A stretch of 64,000 nt of DNA. Origin: Dipteris shenzhenensis (taxonomy: Eukaryota). The position numbers and the translations under genes were made by a program. The notes under the pieces were generated by a model that ran no database searches, had not been told where the DNA came from, and saw only the letters and a list, made by a program, of their open reading frames with translations. Each line of letters begins with the position of its first letter. Position 1 is the first letter of the stretch. Location of the stretch: the NCBI GenBank assembly GCA_047967505.1, contig CM106538.1. One strand, written 5' to 3'. Below are positions 62,901 to 64,000 of this stretch, piece by piece.

Positions 62901-64000
62901 TAGCACTGGCTTATTGGATGACAGTGGTTACCACACCACATTTGGGGATTCCAAATGGGTGATTACTGATGGCCAGGTTGTAGTGGCTGAGGGTTTTAAG
63001 AGTGATACCTTGTACCCTCTTTATGTTTCCAGTGTAGGTAATCATGTTGTTGCCATAACCGAGCTGCCAAAGGTTTCATTGTGGCATAGCCGGTTGGGAC
63101 ACATGTCTGTTAAAGGAATGCAAGAACTGTCACGTTTGGGTTATCTGCCGTCTCTTTCTTTTTCAGATTTGCCTACTTGTGATCATTGCATGTTTGGCAA
63201 GCATTCTGTGACTCCTCATAAGAGGAGAACTCCCCAGAATAGAGCACCGCTTGATCTAGTGCACACTGATTTGTGTGAGATGCCACAGTTATCACTAGGG
63301 GGTGCAAAGTATTTCATTACTTTTATTGATGATGCCACACGCAGAGTGTGGGTCTATTTCTTGAAGCATAAAAGCGATGCCTTAGCTGCTTTCAAGAAGT
63401 TTGTCGCTCAGGTTGAGAATCGGACAGGTCGCAGGCTGAAATGCCTCAGATCCGATAATGGGGGTTTATGGGTTATGGTGACGAAGGTGAAATGGGGTAC
63501 AGGTTATGGGATCCCGTTAAACGGAAGATTATACGCAGCAATGATGTCATCTTTAAAGAGGATAGTGTACACAAGGAACCCGTGCAACCTGTGGAATACA
63601 AGAGGGTTATTTATGATGATGTTGGACAGCAAAGAATGCCCTTTTATATGCAGCAGCAGGCTGCTGCAGATAACCCTGTTCAAGAGGGTATACAGGCTGG
63701 AAATCAGCCAGATAATTTTGCCAATGATGCACCACTGGATATGCCAGCAGATGGGGCTGTAGAACAGCCAGATATGGTGGTACAGCCACCCGTCATGCAT
63801 GACGAACAGGCTGGACAGCAGCCTAATCCGGAACATTTTGTTAGGAGGAGCACCCGTGTACAACGGCCTCCTGACAGGTTTGTTCCAGGAGCCAAAAATG
63901 TGGCTGATTTTATCATGCTGACAGATTGTGGTGAGCCTTCCAGCTTCAAGGAAGCTATGGGAAGAACAGAGAAAAGGAAGTGGGAGAAAGCCATGCAGTC
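59919..64000 (+). mobile_element. Copia element J (B-like lineage), inserted in G and running off the window
   Basis: 5' LTR 59919-60111 (TG...CA); PBS TGGTATCAGAGCC 60114-60126; 1.6-kb leader; expected TSD CATCC (59914-59918). Confidence 0.92.
61741..64000 (+). pseudogene. Copia gag-PR-IN of J with an internal integrase deletion
   Basis: CFYCGKKGHVKSKC, WLLDSGASFH, HTDLCEMP; after RSDNGG it jumps to FMGYGDEGEMGYRLWD in another frame. Confidence 0.92.

Overview
Eukaryotic, repeat-dense land-plant DNA. Abundant (CT)n/(GA)n tracts and an apparently very long intron suggest a large genome such as a fern, but that is inference. The only recognisable host gene is exon 1 (29131-29287) of a PRAT/Tim17-22-23 family gene resembling Arabidopsis HP20/HP22 (TIM22-2/3). 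I found no second exon, so 29288-64000 may all be its first intron. The rest is mostly retroelements. Four insertions have confirmed 5-bp TSDs: Copia B (11149-16998, CCATT) inside Copia A; Copia F (38918-44977, TCAAA); a chromodomain Gypsy H (49726-58120, CATCT) inside Copia G; and a 2-kb non-autonomous element I (50279-52266, CTCCT) inside H. Also present are a non-coding LTR element D, Copia J running off the right edge, several Copia/Gypsy relics, and a decayed LINE sitting in a (GA)n tract. The most unusual signal, and a speculative one, is a 350-bp insertion (36961-37310) whose two ends, when joined, rebuild a decayed hammerhead-ribozyme fold with a palindromic stem III. Other notable features are 3' splice-site-like motifs just before gag in several elements, a template-switch hairpin, an LTR micro-inversion and repeated PBS junctions.
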